Shown piece by piece: positions 1-13,960 of a stretch of 64,000 bases of DNA; position 1 is the first letter of the stretch; every line of letters starts with the position of its first letter. Origin of the DNA: Vicugna vicugna. Lineage: Eukaryota. The stretch lies in contig MU057521.1 of assembly GCA_013265495.1 (NCBI GenBank), forward strand, positions 372,001-436,000. Direction: 5' to 3'. The notes beneath the pieces were generated by a model. It was not told the origin of the DNA. It did no database searches and saw nothing but the letters and a program-made list of their open reading frames with translations. Both the position numbers and the translations under genes were made by a program.

Positions 1-1700
1 GCTTGGTTTGGTCTGTTCACTTATATTCATATATTACACATGAATCAGTATAATACTGTTGGAAAATAAACTCTGAGTAATTAAAGAACAACCCAAAGAA
101 CAACTAAAAATTTTAGAAGAGGTATGAATAATAACTCAACATTGTAGATAAAAGGAAATTAGAAAAAAAATTCTATTATCCTTTAAAAAGTTACAAAAAG
201 AGGAAAAACAGTAACAGAGAGTAGAAGGAACAATTAGAAAAACAAGTACAGGATGGCAGATTTTTAACCCTACCACATCATTAAACAAATTAAACATAAA
301 CAGTCTAAACACACCAATTAAAAGACATAGAATGTCAGATGGGATACAGTGACTGAAGTGTATGATATGCTGTCTACAATAAACTCACTTTAAACATAAC
401 TACATATGTCAGTAATAAAAAGCATTCAAAACATTCACTAAGACAGACCATACTCTGTGCCATAATACAAAATTCACCCAATTTGAAAGAATAGAAATCA
501 GATACAGTATGCTCAGACAATAAGTGAAATAAATGAGAAACAAAACTATATCTAAAAATCCCCCAAACACTTGAAAATTAAAAAACAAATTTCTAAATAA
601 TCCCTGGTTCCAAAGGGAAGTATTAAAGGGAAATTTAAAAAAAGTTTTTAACTAAGTGAAAATAAAAATGCTACATAGTACTTGTGGGAGACAGCTAAAG
701 AAGTGCTTAGAAGGAAACATAGCAATAAATACATAGTTTAGAGAAGAAAGTAGATCTTAAATCAGTGATTTAAGACATCTTAGAAACAACAGAAAGAATA
801 AATTAAACCCCAAACAAGAAGGAAAGAAATAATAAACATAAACAAAAGTCAATGCAACTAAGAGCATAATGACAATAGAAAAAATTAATAAAACCAAAAG
901 CTATTTCTTTGAACATTTCAAATTGATAAACCTCTAGGCAGGCTAGCCAAGGGGAAAAAAAAGAAGCTAATCACCAATATCAGGCTAATAAAAGAGATAA
1001 CTACTATAGAGCCTTTGGGAAAAATATTTGCAAATTACGTATCTTATAAAGTACTCATATTCAGATTACATAAATACTCTCAGAACTCAACACTAAGAGA
1101 GCAATCTATTTAGAAAGTCAGCAAAAGATTTTAACAGTCTTTTTGCTAAAGAAGACGTATAAATGAAAAATAAGCAGATGAAGAGATAATCAACAACATT
1201 AGTCAATAGGAAAATACAATATAAACTCAAAAGAAATGCCATTCTATACCAACTACAACAGCCAAAGAATTGTAAAAGCAACAAAACAAAACAAAACAAA
1301 ACGAGTACTGGGGAAGATATGGAGTAACTGCAACTCTCACACATTGCTGGGAAAAAATGCTAAATGAATAAAGCACTTTGCAGGAAACATCTTGGCATCT
1401 TCTTGTAAAGTTAAATATGTACTTACCATGTGACCCACCAATCCTAATCCAAGCTACTTATACATGAACAATGAAAACTTGTATTAACCAAAATCCAATA
1501 TTAGAATGTTTATGGAGGCTTTATTCATAATTACCAAAAGCTGAAAATTATCAAAATTTTCTTAAACCTGTGAAGGGGTAAACAAACTGTGGTACATCCA
1601 CACAATGGTACACTACTCATCAGTAAAAGGAACAAACTTACTATACTTGTGACAACATAGATGGCTCTCAAATGTACTGTGCTGAATGAAAGAATTCATA
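1..1700 (+). mobile_element. Degraded L1 (L1M-type) ORF2 fragments plus start of 3' UTR, internally deleted
   Basis: L1 endonuclease-start motif (aaacagtctaaacacaccaattaaaagaca, ~298-327). C-terminal ORF2 motif gggaaaaatatttgcaaat (~1017). 3' motifs (ccatgtgacccaccaatcc; aaacaaactgtggtacatccacacaatgg). A-rich sense strand. Confidence 0.9.
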
Positions 1701-2267
1701 CCCCTGTCTCCATCTTCACAATTCGTCAAGACCTCTAGGCTTTGCTTAAGGTCTCTCAGCTTGAAATGTGATTCAGTAAATGCTTCAAGACAGAAAGCTA
1801 GAATGACTGTATGACTCACCTCACTTTTCCCCCTTCTGATGGGAACTACGACTGTTCACTTCTTGCACTCCAATATTTGAATGCAGTTATTTCTTACTTT
1901 GTTCAGTTTTCTGAAAGGAAGGAAAATTCAATCCTGATTTCTTCATCGTGGCTAGAAACGAAAGTATACACTTTAATTATCATATTAAAGTAAACAGGTC
2001 CGTTATACTTCAGTGCAATATTTACAGTAACAGTAAAACACAAGATAAGATTTCAAAGATATTTAATGGTCATGGTTATTATTGTCCCATGTGAGCTACT
2101 GGAATAGGCTGAGGTACCAATTATGCAGATTAGTTTAGCCTAAGGCCTTCTAAGCAAGGAAAAGAAATAGTACACAGACCAGCAAGGTGTTTTTACTATC
2201 TCTTTATATTGACATAGTTTCAAACGACAGAAATGGTACAAGGATAATACAAAGACCATGTTTATCT

Positions 2268-2883
2268 GTATTACTTTTCTAAGCAGGGTAAACGAATCAC
2301 TACAAATTTAACAGCTTAAAACAACACGTATGTATTATCTCGATATTTATATGAATCAGGAGTCCAGGAATAGCTTGGCTGAGTCTTCTTCTGAGGTCAT
2401 GTTCCCTCTGGAGCTTATCATCTTCTGCCCTCACAAGGTTGTTGGCAGAATTCAGTTTCTTTCAGCTAAAGAACTGAGCTCCGGTTTTCTTGATGGCTGT
2501 CAGCTGAAGACCACTCTCTGCTCCAAGAGGTCACTCGCCATTCCTTGTCAAATGCTTTCTCAGACCCTGTCACACACGACAACTTAGTGCATCAAAGCCA
2601 GGGGAAAGATGTCCCAAACATTTACACCTTCTTTTAAAAGGCTCGTCTGTTTAGATCAGACCTAACCAGGACAATCCTCCTTTGATTAACTTACAGGTAA
2701 CTGACTTGGGATCTTAAATGCATATGCAAAATCTTTTCACCTTGGCCAAGTAGCATAATCTAATCACGGAGTGACATCCTCACAGTCACAGGTCCCACTC
2801 ACACTCAAGGACAGGGAAGTATCCAGAACACGCACAGTAGGGGGCGGGAATCTCGGGAGCCATTATAGAATCCACCTATCGCA
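2268..2883 (-). mobile_element. MaLR solo LTR (MLT1-type)
   Basis: Begins tgtattactttt...cagcttaaaacaacac, the reverse complement of the MLT1 3' end. Ends ...ttatagaatccacctatcgca. Confidence 0.8.
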
Positions 2884-3544
2884 ATACCCTTTACACAGTT
2901 CTCCTGTTGTAACATTTCGCCACATTTACATTTGCCTTCATCGCAAAGAGATTGTGAGAGATTTGAGGCATGGGTTACTGCAAAAATTGGCAGGCCAGGT
3001 AGAGTAATAAAGTGGAAAGTTCTCAAAATACAGGCAACATCATATTCTGGGTGTTTAGATACCAAAAGAGAATGAGGGATTACAGAGATATATCTTCCAT
3101 TTCACCAGTTTTCATTCAGTTGAGAAGACATTTTGGATGTATGCCTTCATACTGTCTAAATCTGAAAGAAATGTGCACTCTAAAATAAAATTAATTTCGG
3201 AGAAAAAAATGTACATGAGAGAGATTTTAATGTGAACAAATTAAATCCTTTATGTGAATCAAAATATACTTTATATTTGGGATAATTTTTTGTTCCTTAC
3301 AGTTAGCCCCTACATTAAAAAAAAAACAGACATTTCATTAAAAGATGACATAAAATCTCTGAGATAAGAGGGAGCAACATTACAGAAAATTGGGAAAATG
3401 AAATCTAGAATGTACACCAAGAGTCAAATAAGTTAATGTATCAAAACTTGTTACCCTGAAGTTGGTGCAGTCAACCAATGTTATCTGTAAGTGGCAAAAG
3501 GAAGATGCAGAGTGCAAAGGAAGTAAACGGTGGAAATGAAAAAT

Positions 3545-3727
3545 TGTGGCTTTAGGACTCAATCGTGATTTTGAACCTGCTTTCCACTTACAAATGTTTG
3601 TGCCTTTTGGCAGGTTATTTAGCCTTTCTGAGTCTCAGTTGCATCGTGTTTAACATTTATACATTTAGCAGGATTAAATGAGATTATGAATTTTAAGGGC
3701 CTGTACACAGAAGGCACTCAGTGAATT
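3545..3727 (+). mobile_element. MIR SINE
   Basis: MIR core (gggcaggttatttagcctttctgagtctcagtt) and aggattaaatgagat tail. Confidence 0.75.
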
Positions 3728-3779
3728 ACACTACGGTTGATAGCTCGCAGGCCTACTGGGGGAATGTGACTTTGTAGCC

Positions 3780-5030
3780 ATAATTTTTAAAATAATAGCA
3801 GAAAAAGTAATCAACAGGATTTGAGGCTTAAGTAAGAAAACTGTAGGTATGATATTGATACAACCAGTGTATTATTAATTCCAATCGAGACTTCCAATGC
3901 ACAGACAAAAGTGATGTTTGTGTACTGATACTAGAACATATGACCGAATCTGTGAACAGCTGATCCAATTGCAAGCACTAGTAGGTTAAATATCGGAAAA
4001 AATGTTTCCAACCGATAAAGATATTCTCAGATCAAATACTATTTCTATGAAAAACTGTGCGAAGTAGTAAGAAATGAGGCATAAAAGAGAAGCTAATAAA
4101 CTTGCATCATTATTTATGAAAGAATCAAGAAATGATGTGAGATGATGTCAAGAATGAGAGGAAAACCTGCCCAAATATGGACTTCACAAATATCGGTGTA
4201 CAATACAAGAATTACTACAAAGAAAGAATAGTTGTGCATTTAGAATGATTGTCACACCATCTCTCACACTGAGGCAACCTCACTTAGCTACAAAGAAGCA
4301 ATTTCGTAAAATAGAAAAGTAGAACTTAATTGTTGCAATGCTAATTAAAACATCACAGTGATGGGAAATGACTGTTATTTTGATTGAAGTCTTGTTAGGG
4401 CTTCCTATCATTTTCATGAATATAAAAATATAATCCCAGTTTTGTAGCAAGATAATTAAAACACTGAATATTCAGTCAAAATTTGCTCAAACCTGATGCC
4501 TCAAAAAGCTGAGTAATAGTTAAGTCTTCCTGAAATACAGATGTTCTTAAAAAAAAATCTTTGCCAGCAGGGTATCAGTTGTACTGATGTACCAAACAAG
4601 CACATTATTTGGTGATGGCAAACAGGAAAATTGTATGAATTATAGCAGAAGTAAAACTCCAGTATTTTCAAAGGCTTTAATAGTAATATCAACATGCAAC
4701 TATACTAGGCGATAGCTGTGAGCCTTGCCAGGAGAGAGGACTGAAGTAGAATATTTACCCAGAAAAAATGTCTCACGAGGGCACCTCAGACACTAAAGCG
4801 TGTGATTTACCCACCAGTATTCATAACCTTTTAAGATGTTGATGCTCCTGTTGAAAAAAAAAATCATTGGGCACATTTAGAGGATGAATTAAAGTATTTT
4901 TCAAAGAATTTGTGATGTAATGAGGGAGAGGAAAACTTTTTATCTAAATGAATATTCATTACTGTAGGATTTTTTTAAAGCTCTATACTAAAATTTAGCG
5001 AGTTTCTCCAAAATTTAGGTTTGGTTTGAA
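3780..5030 (+). mobile_element. Possible ancient hAT-superfamily transposase fossil
   Basis: Decayed coding-like stretch with an ETSN motif (~3885, resembling hAT DETS) and a later SHHL motif (~4250, resembling CxxH-L). No intact ORF. Confidence 0.35.
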
Positions 5031-5219
5031 GTAATGACAAATGAAATCAGGCTGACTCATCTTTCATGTTTCTCCATCTGTCCTTTTTCTTTAGACCTGA
5101 TGCCTATACCTGGATGCCTGCAATCCTGGGAGTTAACCTGGCAGTCATTAGCACATGGTTTTTGAAGACAGATGCACAGATGAATCACTTAAGGCAGAAA
5201 TAGATCATGAGGAGAGAAG

Positions 5220-5720
5220 CTGACCCCGAAATGAACCCCCAAAGACTGCCAACTTTTCTGCTAGGGAAGAAGGTGTCAACAAAAAATATCTGTGAAAGAG
5301 TAGCCAAAAAGGTCTGTGGAAAGCCAGGAAATAAAATGTGGAAAACGGACTAAAATATAAAAATATATATATTTTGGAAAAATATCCATAGGATTTGATA
5401 ACATAGACATCTTTGGTTGTATCTGCAAGAACAGTGAGATATTGGTGAGGTACTGGATGCAGAAACCAGACTGAAGTGTTGACAGGTGAAACACTTGAGA
5501 AAAATTGAGAACGTATACGTGCACAACTCATTTCGGGGGATATAACTGAAGGAGAGGTTCAAGGAAGTGGAAGCAGCATGACAGGGACAGAGTTGTGCAG
5601 AGAATATGCTGATCAGCATTGTCAGTTATTACACACATAGGGACGAAACGCAGTTTATAGCTGATTTCCTCGACAAGGGTAATTTCAGTGGAGAGTTGAA
5701 GATATCAAGCTGCCATGGGC
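5220..5720 (-). mobile_element. L2 fragment
   Basis: Purine-rich antisense L2-like text (ggaaagccaggaa...gatttgataacatagacatctttgg...aatttcagtggagag). Confidence 0.5.
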
Positions 5721-5754
5721 TGTAATAAAAGGTTAGCCATGATTTGAAGATATA

Positions 5755-6960
5755 TGTCAGTTACCAATTTACTGCCGCTCAGCTTCACACCTTTCAATAT
5801 ATACTTTGTAATAAACAACAGCATTTCTTTAAATATACCTCCTTTAAAGTGAGAATGATGCTGAACTTTCTCAGGAGAAGGCACTGAAGGGACATTGAAA
5901 AAGGAAAGGGCTCTCCTACAAGTTTTTTCAGGATCCAGAGGTGGCTATGTGGGTGTGGGGACAGCCAATGAAGCCCACCCCCGCCACGGGCTCAGAACGT
6001 GGTCCCTCTGAGGCCTTGTAGCTGCCACCTAGTGATAAGCTTTCTGCGGCCCACTCTTCCCAATGGGAAGGGACATTCCTATGCGCTCTGAGGGCCTCCT
6101 GCCATCGCTGGCTCCGGAACTCCCACTGCTCACCGCTTATCATCTACGCCACCAATCGCTGTGACCTGCTCCCCGCCTGCGCTCTGCAGAATGAGTGTAT
6201 TAGTGTTCTACTGCAACGGTAATACATAACCACAAACTTAGTGACTTAAAACATAAAATTTTCATCTTAAAGCTCTGCAGGCTGTCAAGGTGTCAACAAG
6301 GTGGATTCCTTCTGGAGGCTTTGGATAAGAATCTGTTTCTTTGATTTTTTTGTTGTTGTTGTTTCTCAGCTTCTAGCAGCTGTTCATGTTCCTTGGCTCA
6401 TGGTCTCCTCCACATTCAAAGTCAGTCATATTGCATCTCTCTGACCATTCTTCTGTAGCCATGTCTCTCTCTGGTTACAGGTGAGAAAGGTTCTTCACTC
6501 CTAAGGACCCAAATGACTACACTGGGCCCACCCAGATAATCCAGGATAATCTCTCCATCTCAGGGTTCTTAATTCAATCACATCTTCGAAGTTCCTTTTA
6601 CCACAGATGGTAACATATTCACAGGTTTGGGGATTAGAATATGCACATCTTTGAGGGGTCATTGTTCTGCTAATCATAGTGGATTCCTGCTATCCCAGAA
6701 ACTCCAGACCAACTCTAGCCTGGCTACATCAGCAAACTTCTCTGCTACATAATGGGCAAAATGACACCTTCTCCAATTAAGTCTGAAACCCCTTCCATCT
6801 TGTCCTTTCTTGGGGACTCTCCCTTAGTCCCAGGGAACCATACAGAGTTTTATTTTATTCTACATCTTACTTTGATCATAGTCAGTACTTCTTTATATTA
6901 AACTTACCCTGCTTAGCCTCCTGTGTGGCTTCTATCTCCTGATTTGGAACTGGACTGCAA
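5755..6960. mobile_element. Ancient ERVL-type solo LTR (LTR33/LTR41-like), interrupted by an MLT1 LTR
   Basis: Starts tgtcagttaccaatttactgccgctcagc. Ends ...tctatctcctgatttggaactggactgcaata. Sequence resumes after the MLT1 insert. Confidence 0.55.
6197..6680 (-). mobile_element. MaLR solo LTR (MLT1C/D-like)
   Basis: tgtattagtgttct...ccacaaacttagtgacttaaaac start. Contains ataatccaggataatctc and ggtaacatattcacagg motifs. Confidence 0.85.
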
Positions 6961-7599
6961 TATCACTTATCTGAATATATTTTCCAAAAGTAATCTATAT
7001 GTGGAAAGAGAATGCTAAAACTAAAATAGGAGAGATGGAAGAAGAATCAAGGGTATTGGTTTTAGCTTAGTTTGTTTTGGCTTGAGGAAAAAAATATCAG
7101 CATTCTACTAAGTTGAAGAAAAGAATCAATACAGAAACAGAATGAAGTTACTAGAAAGAGAAAGTCTTGAAGATAGGAGAAGCTGGAATCCATTCTTAAA
7201 GTTGGAAACACTGATTATCAACCATGGAAAACTTCTGTAAAATTTCCATTTCTAAGCCCTCTCCTCATTTCGTCTTAATTGGCCTTGATTTAATTAAGGA
7301 TTCTAATTTAATTGGTCTTGGGTAAAGCCCAAGCATTGGTTTCTTTGATGGCTAGCAGTAGAGAGGCAAGAATGGGGTAGCTATAGGCGAATGTGTAGAC
7401 ACAGAGGGCTTCAATGTTAATGAGGTCCCCTATGATTACCTCGACTGTTTCTGAGAAATTCAAGGTAATACTGCATGTTGACAGAGAGGTAAAAATTGTG
7501 AAACGGGCTTTGGGCATTTGCTGACAACCAAGACAACCTACTACATACACAATTATGGATTGAAGAGATAAGTCGTGCTTAATAATACGGGTTCAAAGA

Positions 7600-8065
7600 A
7601 GGGTGAATCATAGTTCCAGGCCTCTTAAGTAACTTGTTCTTTAGTTGGGAGAATGGGCAAAATAGTAAACACATGAATAATAATGCCAAGTAGAATGTGT
7701 TCGGTTTATAAGATATCGTAGAGGCAATGAAAAAAACTGGAGATTAGAGGGATAAAGGATATTGGTTGTGTGATGGGCAAAGATTTTAAGATGTGGAATT
7801 TAACATGTGGGCTTTGAAAGAAATATAGAAAGGAAAGAAGTGAACATTCTTGATACTGAGATAGACATGAACCCCATTTCAGAGTTTATGAGCAGATTAG
7901 TTTAGCTAGAGCAGAAGATTTTAGAGAGAATAGTGAGAGAGGTTGAATATATTATTTGGGTCAGATGTAGTTTTTACACAAGAGCTAGATGCAACATATT
8001 AAGAGAGACCATTAGATACTACACAAAGGAATTTAAGCTTTACTTTGTGGGTGATGAAAAGCCAC
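7600..8065 (-). mobile_element. L2 fragment
   Basis: Antisense L2-like motifs (aaggaatttaagctttactttgtgggtgatgaaaagccactaaag). Confidence 0.5.
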
Positions 8066-9679
8066 TAAAGTGGCATCTTCTGCACCCTCCCCCCCACCTC
8101 CTGCAACACTCTAGTCAGTATTGACAGTGTGCTGAAAATTGCTGGGGCTGACTCACCGCGGGGTCCCAGCGACACGAGGCATGGTTATGAGTGCATAATT
8201 AACCAGAATGTGTTGTTGAATACCAAATGTATACTTCAGAATATCACAGGCCAAGAAACAATGTAAACACTTTAGCATAGTTAAAGGCGACAGTAGTGAG
8301 GAGAACGTTTTGGAATATCACCTAAGTCTTCCCCTTCTTGTATAGTGTCTATCTTGCTCTTTAGCTTCACATGAGGTTTTGTTTTCCTCTTTCAATTATT
8401 TCACATAAAACAGATCCATGAAATGTGCTATCCTCCAAAATGGAAAATGGATTCAGCCGAAGCAGTGAAGTTAGTGTACACTTTACCAGGCTTTCAGAAA
8501 TCCCTAATGGCTTTTTACATCCAATCTTAAGAGAGAACTCTCGATTTCCATATTAAGAACAAAGCTTGGAGGGTTGCCCAAAGAATCAACACTGAAACAG
8601 GAGCGGGAGTGCAGGAAGTTGTGCATGTTATTTGAGAGAAAGATCAAACCCATGAGAAACAGGAGATTCCTCTGGAACTGTGAGTGGGGGTTAGCTGAAA
8701 TGGGGTTAAGAGACAAATAGATTTGACATGGAAGAGTCATGATTACCACCAAGGCTTTAAAATCCAGTTGGGATGGAATAAAAACATCCAGAGAAGTCTG
8801 GGTGAAGACTGATGTACTTCTTCTCCAGGTCTAGATTAGGAGAACTAGAAGGTTTTCAGAGGAATTCTAAATTTGAAGCAATACACACAACACAATATGA
8901 AAATGAAAGAAGAGGGATGGCTGGTTAAGGTTCTGGGTCAGGGGTGAGCCTGGAAACAAGAGTTACTTCTGTGGTTTTGTTTACACCAAAGCAGGAATCT
9001 AAACTCCAGGGTATGCTTGCCTCTGAGAGTACACATATATTTTCCAAGGGTAATAGTTTTTAAAGGTTTAAGTAAAATTCATATTCAGATGCTTGACTTC
9101 CAAATGTACCCCTTTCAAACTGTACTCGCATGAGAACTCACCAAGAACTCACTCCTTATCTTTTTACAATAATCCTTCTTCCAGTTTACAAAACACGAAC
9201 ATACTCTTTGGCACACTGCACGAGTTGTAAAAACTTATGGGACACAAAACAAAGAGACAATTTGAATGACTGGCAATTCCTGCTGAGAAAGTAAATACCT
9301 CTAATGATGGGGTTAAAAAGATTTCGTTTGTAAATCAGATGGTTGTCCAGTCTTCACGTTCAAAAATTCAGGTGGAATCTATAGAGTTGTCAACTGTTAG
9401 ATTACTAAAAACACTCCTGATTAAAGATCACTTTGTGAAATTTGACGCATAACCAGGGCAGACCTAAAACTATTGAATGGCACTGCTGTAATAAAACCAC
9501 TGTTATTTCCATAGAATGTGAAGTCTTGTATGTGGACAAGATTTCTGAACACTTATATTTGCAAACACTTTCATTTTTTAAATTTATTTTCATTGTTTAA
9601 AGCATTTAATTGGCACCAAAACAATGCTCATCTCTGCAATATAGAAAATATCATCTCTATGAAATAAAGAGCAGATAAT

Positions 9680-9790
9680 AATAATTTTCATGGTAGTAAT
9701 TAAATAGCATTAATTGAGCTCTTGCTGTTTGGGACTGTGCTAAGTCCTTCCTAATGGTTCCATGAGGCAGTGCTATCATCATACTCATTT
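9680..9790 (-). mobile_element. MIR fragment
   Basis: taattgagctcttgctgtttgggactgtgctaag...catgaggcagtgctatcatcatactcattt. Confidence 0.55.
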
Positions 9791-9794
9791 TTTT

Positions 9795-10630
9795 CTATTT
9801 TTAAAATTGAAGTATAATTGACACCTGACATTATATTATTTTCAGGGGTGCAACATAATGATCTGATACTTGTATACATTGCAAAGTGATCACACTATAA
9901 ATCTAGTTAACGTCCATCAATGTACAGTTACAAATTTTTTTTAACAACAAATTTTAGGATTTACTCTCTTAGCAACTTTCAAATATACAATACAGTATTA
10001 TTAACTATAGTCACCAAGCTGTACATTACATCCTCGTTACTAATTCAATTTATTTCATAACTGAAAGTTTGTACTTTTTGATTCCCTTCACCCATTTTTC
10101 CCACCCTCCACATTCCCTACCCCTGCCCTTGGCAACCACCTATCGGTTCTCTGTGTCTATGAGTTCTGTGACTGTGTGTGTAAATATATATATAGATTCC
10201 ACATATAAGTGAGATCATATGGTATTTGTTTTTCTGTCTAACTTACTTCACTTAGCATAATGCCTTCAAGGTCCATCCATGTTGTCACAAATGGCAAGAT
10301 TTCATTCTTTTTTATGGCTGATTATTATTTTCTTTACCAGTTTACCCATCGATGGACACTTAGATTGCTTCTATGTCTGGGCTATTGTAAATTCTGCCAT
10401 AATGAACATGGAGGTATAGATATCTTTTTAAATTAGTTTTTTCATTTTCTTCAGATAAATACTCAGAAGTGGAATTGCTGGATCATATGGTAGTTCTATT
10501 CTTAATTTTTTGAAGAATCTCCATACTGTTTTCCACTGTGGCTGCACCAATTTACATTCCCACCAACAGTGCACAAGGGTTCCCTTTTCTCCACATTCTC
10601 CCCAACACTCATTAATTCTTGTATTTTTTT
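9795..10630 (-). mobile_element. L1 3' end (L1MA-type), 5'-truncated
   Basis: Typical antisense L1 3' UTR/ORF2 end: ttgaagtataattgac, ttccacatataagtgagatcat, agtggaattgctggatcatatggtagttct, ttacattcccaccaacagtg. Confidence 0.95.
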
Positions 10631-11569
10631 AAATGAATAGAATTATTAGAATTGTTTCATTCAGTAATATGTAACAGTCATCCATAAATTCTTAAAATAA
10701 TTGGAAAAAGCCTCCTTTTTATTATGGAATAGATTTTAAATAAAATTTTACCTAAATTTTGTAACATATTTGGGTTTTTTTTTAGATTAACTAGGTGCCA
10801 ATAACAATGGAATTGATAAACATGAAGAAACACTTTTTATCATTTGGAGCTTATGGTCACAGAAACAAAAACATTAATTTTATTTTATAGAAAAGTATGG
10901 TAAAGTGAATCAAACAGATTTTCCTACACTAATGTTGCATAAAAAGCAATGCAAACCCTCAGTATCATACAGAAATAAGCATATATTTGTTCATTCATCT
11001 GGAGCAGCTGGAAGTTACATGACGAAGGATGGGTAAAGGGTTAGTACCATTTTTGCCATCTAGCATTAAAAGCATTAAAAGATATAAGAACAAATTCTAA
11101 AGGGAAAGTCAAATACAAATATAAACTACAGAGGTAAAGGTCCAAGATAGAATTTGTGACTTTTAAAAGAAGAGTTTGTTCAATGTTTTTAATACGGATG
11201 ATGGTATCAAGTCACTATGGACTTGATCGTATTGGATTCACTTCCAAAAGTGATGCAGCAGTTCTATTTTTAAATGTCAATATTTGCAACATAGTAAATG
11301 TCTATCCTTTGCAAGTGTTTAAATTTATGAAGAAACTAAACAAAAAATGTGTGAGTAGTGAATAGATTTTCAAAATTATTTTAGGGAGTATGTGAGCAAA
11401 ATAAATTGAATTCCACTGATAATGAATTTCCAGGACCAAGGACAGTATGGAATTTCTGAGAGATTATGGACGGCAAGAGACCTGAGTCAGATCAAAGCTC
11501 ATCATCTTTGGGAACTTCACAGTAAGAGGTGATGATGACAGCAGAGCACACAGGACACCTGAGGTAGAG

Positions 11570-11890
11570 TGCAGCCCAACCTGTTCTGGGTAAAGACTTG
11601 CACGCAAAACTTCCATGTCCTATGGAGAGTCTTTATACTAAAAAAACAAAAACAAACAAACAAAAAAACCCCCAAAACAAACAAACAAACAAAACTCCAG
11701 GCCTTATGGCATAGCTAGAAATCCAATACCAGGAATTCCCAAATTAGGCCTACGGTCTGGGTATACAATTCATAGAGTAACTATAGGATTAAGGCTTAAG
11801 ATAGGAAGCAGATAGTCTGGTGTCACAGACTGGTATCAAAGATACACAGAAAGAGGTCTCATCACAAAACCATATCCTCTTTAAGGCTGA
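11570..11890. mobile_element. Probable ERV-type LTR fragment (MER21/MER34-like) containing (AAAC)n
   Basis: ccaggaattcccaaattaggcc and aaaccatatcctcttt motifs. AAAC-type run at ~11640-11694. Confidence 0.35.
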
Positions 11891-13114
11891 GAATTATAAC
11901 TTGCATCATTTGCTAAATTACATACCAAAGTTCAAACCAGTTCACTTCAGCCAACACAAGGCAGGAAAGGCACTGAACAAACAAACCAGGTCACACAATA
12001 GTGGATACAATGACAAAGCTGATGGCTAGAAACCCAAAGGAACAGCATCTCGACCAGAGGATAGTGTGAAGACTAGATACACAGCCACCCCTCCCTGTGC
12101 CGGGAGATTTTATTAGATTCTCCCTGCACCCAGGCAGCGTCTTGGGAAGGAGGAGGGGCAAAGGAGATTCCTCAAGAAGTGGGTTACCTTCTGAGTTATG
12201 ATTCACAAAAGATTATTAAAGCAGAAGAGATGAAGATATTTTAATTAAAAAGATTAAGTGGTTCCTGACAACCACATGAATGTGTGCTTGAGAGCAGGAT
12301 GTAATCCATTATAGGAAAATTCATGCTCTATGCTTTGTATGTCTAAGTTGTGGTGTCCTTATATTGAATACAAATAACAATAAAATTTATGAATATAGAT
12401 ACTCATGTGCATTATAAAATGCCAAGCACAATTAAATAGCCTATTTTACATAATTAGAGATTTTAAGATTAATCATATAGTATCTTCTTTCGTATCATTT
12501 AAAACATTTGAATATTTGATACAAACAAAAGAATATGTGTGTTGACTCAAGGAAATAGTATTAATGTAAAACAATTTAGAAAGAAATATAATTGGGAGGG
12601 GTAAAAAATCACCCACCCAGATAAGAAATTTCTTATCAAGTCATGATAATCTGTAACGCCTAGATTGTGAAACTCTTTCATCTACTCATTTTATGAATGT
12701 CTAGTGTCTAGCTCTGATGGAAAAACTAAATTACACGAGTATCAAGATTTGGTCTTGCCTGAAGCAAGCAAATTAACTAAATGATTTCTCAATTTTCCTT
12801 CCACGTCCTATGATTTAATGAGGTTGTGCAAAAGATGACTAAACACAAAATGTGAGGAAATGCTGTCAGCGTTGAGTGTTTCCCCTTAGAGATGTGAGCG
12901 GCTTCAGAGCCTTGATAGTAAAGGAAGTGTGACCTTTTATTGAAGGACTGAGACTCATTACATGTATTCATGAGGTATTTACCAAAACCCATTAAAGCAA
13001 TTGCTTTGGTCTCTTTCTTCGGAGGTCAGGAAAAGAGGACAGAGTATTTTCTAGGACTGGCTTCAAGAAGGGACCCAGGGATGGATACGCCGGGATAAAT
13101 GACTAAAGGGTCCG

Positions 13115-13960
13115 TGTCAGTCACAATCCAGTTAAGAGACAGAAATCGCAATAGCGCTTTTAATAGAGAGGATTTAATACGCAGAATTCAGTCAGTATAA
13201 AGAAGTATTACCTATATGAACTGAAAAGGCAAAAAAACCCCACTGAGATAGGACGGAGGTAGCTCTGCATGAAGCAGCTGCACACCCACACCGAGAGGGG
13301 CTCCAAGGAGATAAAAACTAGACCTTTCCAGAGGGGACGGTGGCGGGCTAGTGCCCATGTCTCTGAGGTTGCTTTTGTGATTCTTACGTGAATTCCAAAA
13401 TGGAGTTAATTGCTGCTTCTCCAAAGAACTGCTGCTGTTGGGGTGAAGCAGTAAGACTGTAGGAACCGGGGAGATGTTTAAGGGTGTAAGTTTGCAGCTA
13501 GGAGATAAATAGGGCCTAGAGTTCTAATGCTCAGCATGGTGGTTACAGACAACAATACTGTAACATAAACTTCAAAACTGCTAAGAGACTAGATCTTAAC
13601 TGTTCCCATCACACAAAAAGAAATGATAATTATGTGACATGATCGGGTGTTAGCTAACCCTACAGAGGTAATCATATTGCAATACATAAATGTATCAAAT
13701 CAATTTGTTGTATACCTGAAATTCATACAAGTTACACATTAATTATACCTCCATAAAAATATATTTTAAAAAACAGGAAATAAACAGGAGCAAATCCCTT
13801 CTTCCCTTTCCAGCTTTGCTGCCTCCCTCCAGCACCCAATTGGCAGTCTTGCAAGGGCATCCTCGTCCAGAAGATCATTCTGACTGTTGAGGTGGGATGT
13901 AACAAGAAAAATAACCACCATGAAGCCTTTCAGAAGCTGACAGTCCAGCCCAAAACTTAA
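13115..13960. mobile_element. Ancient LTR (MaLR/ERVL-like) interrupted by an L1 3' end
   Basis: tgtcagtcacaatccagttaagagacagaaa...aatagagaggatttaatac start. Confidence 0.4.
13468..13772 (+). mobile_element. L1 3' end (L1MA-type)
   Basis: acaacaatactgt...gctaagagactagatcttaactgttcccatcacac...taaatgtatcaaatcaa...aattatacctccataaaa. Confidence 0.9.

Larger units (their letters stand above)
8992..11418. mobile_element. hAT-Charlie DNA transposon remnant interrupted by MIR and L1
   Basis: Charlie-like left end (cagg...cagggtatgcttgcctctgagagtacaca...ttttccaagggt) and right end (gggagtatgtgagcaaaataaattgaattccactg). Confidence 0.5.
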
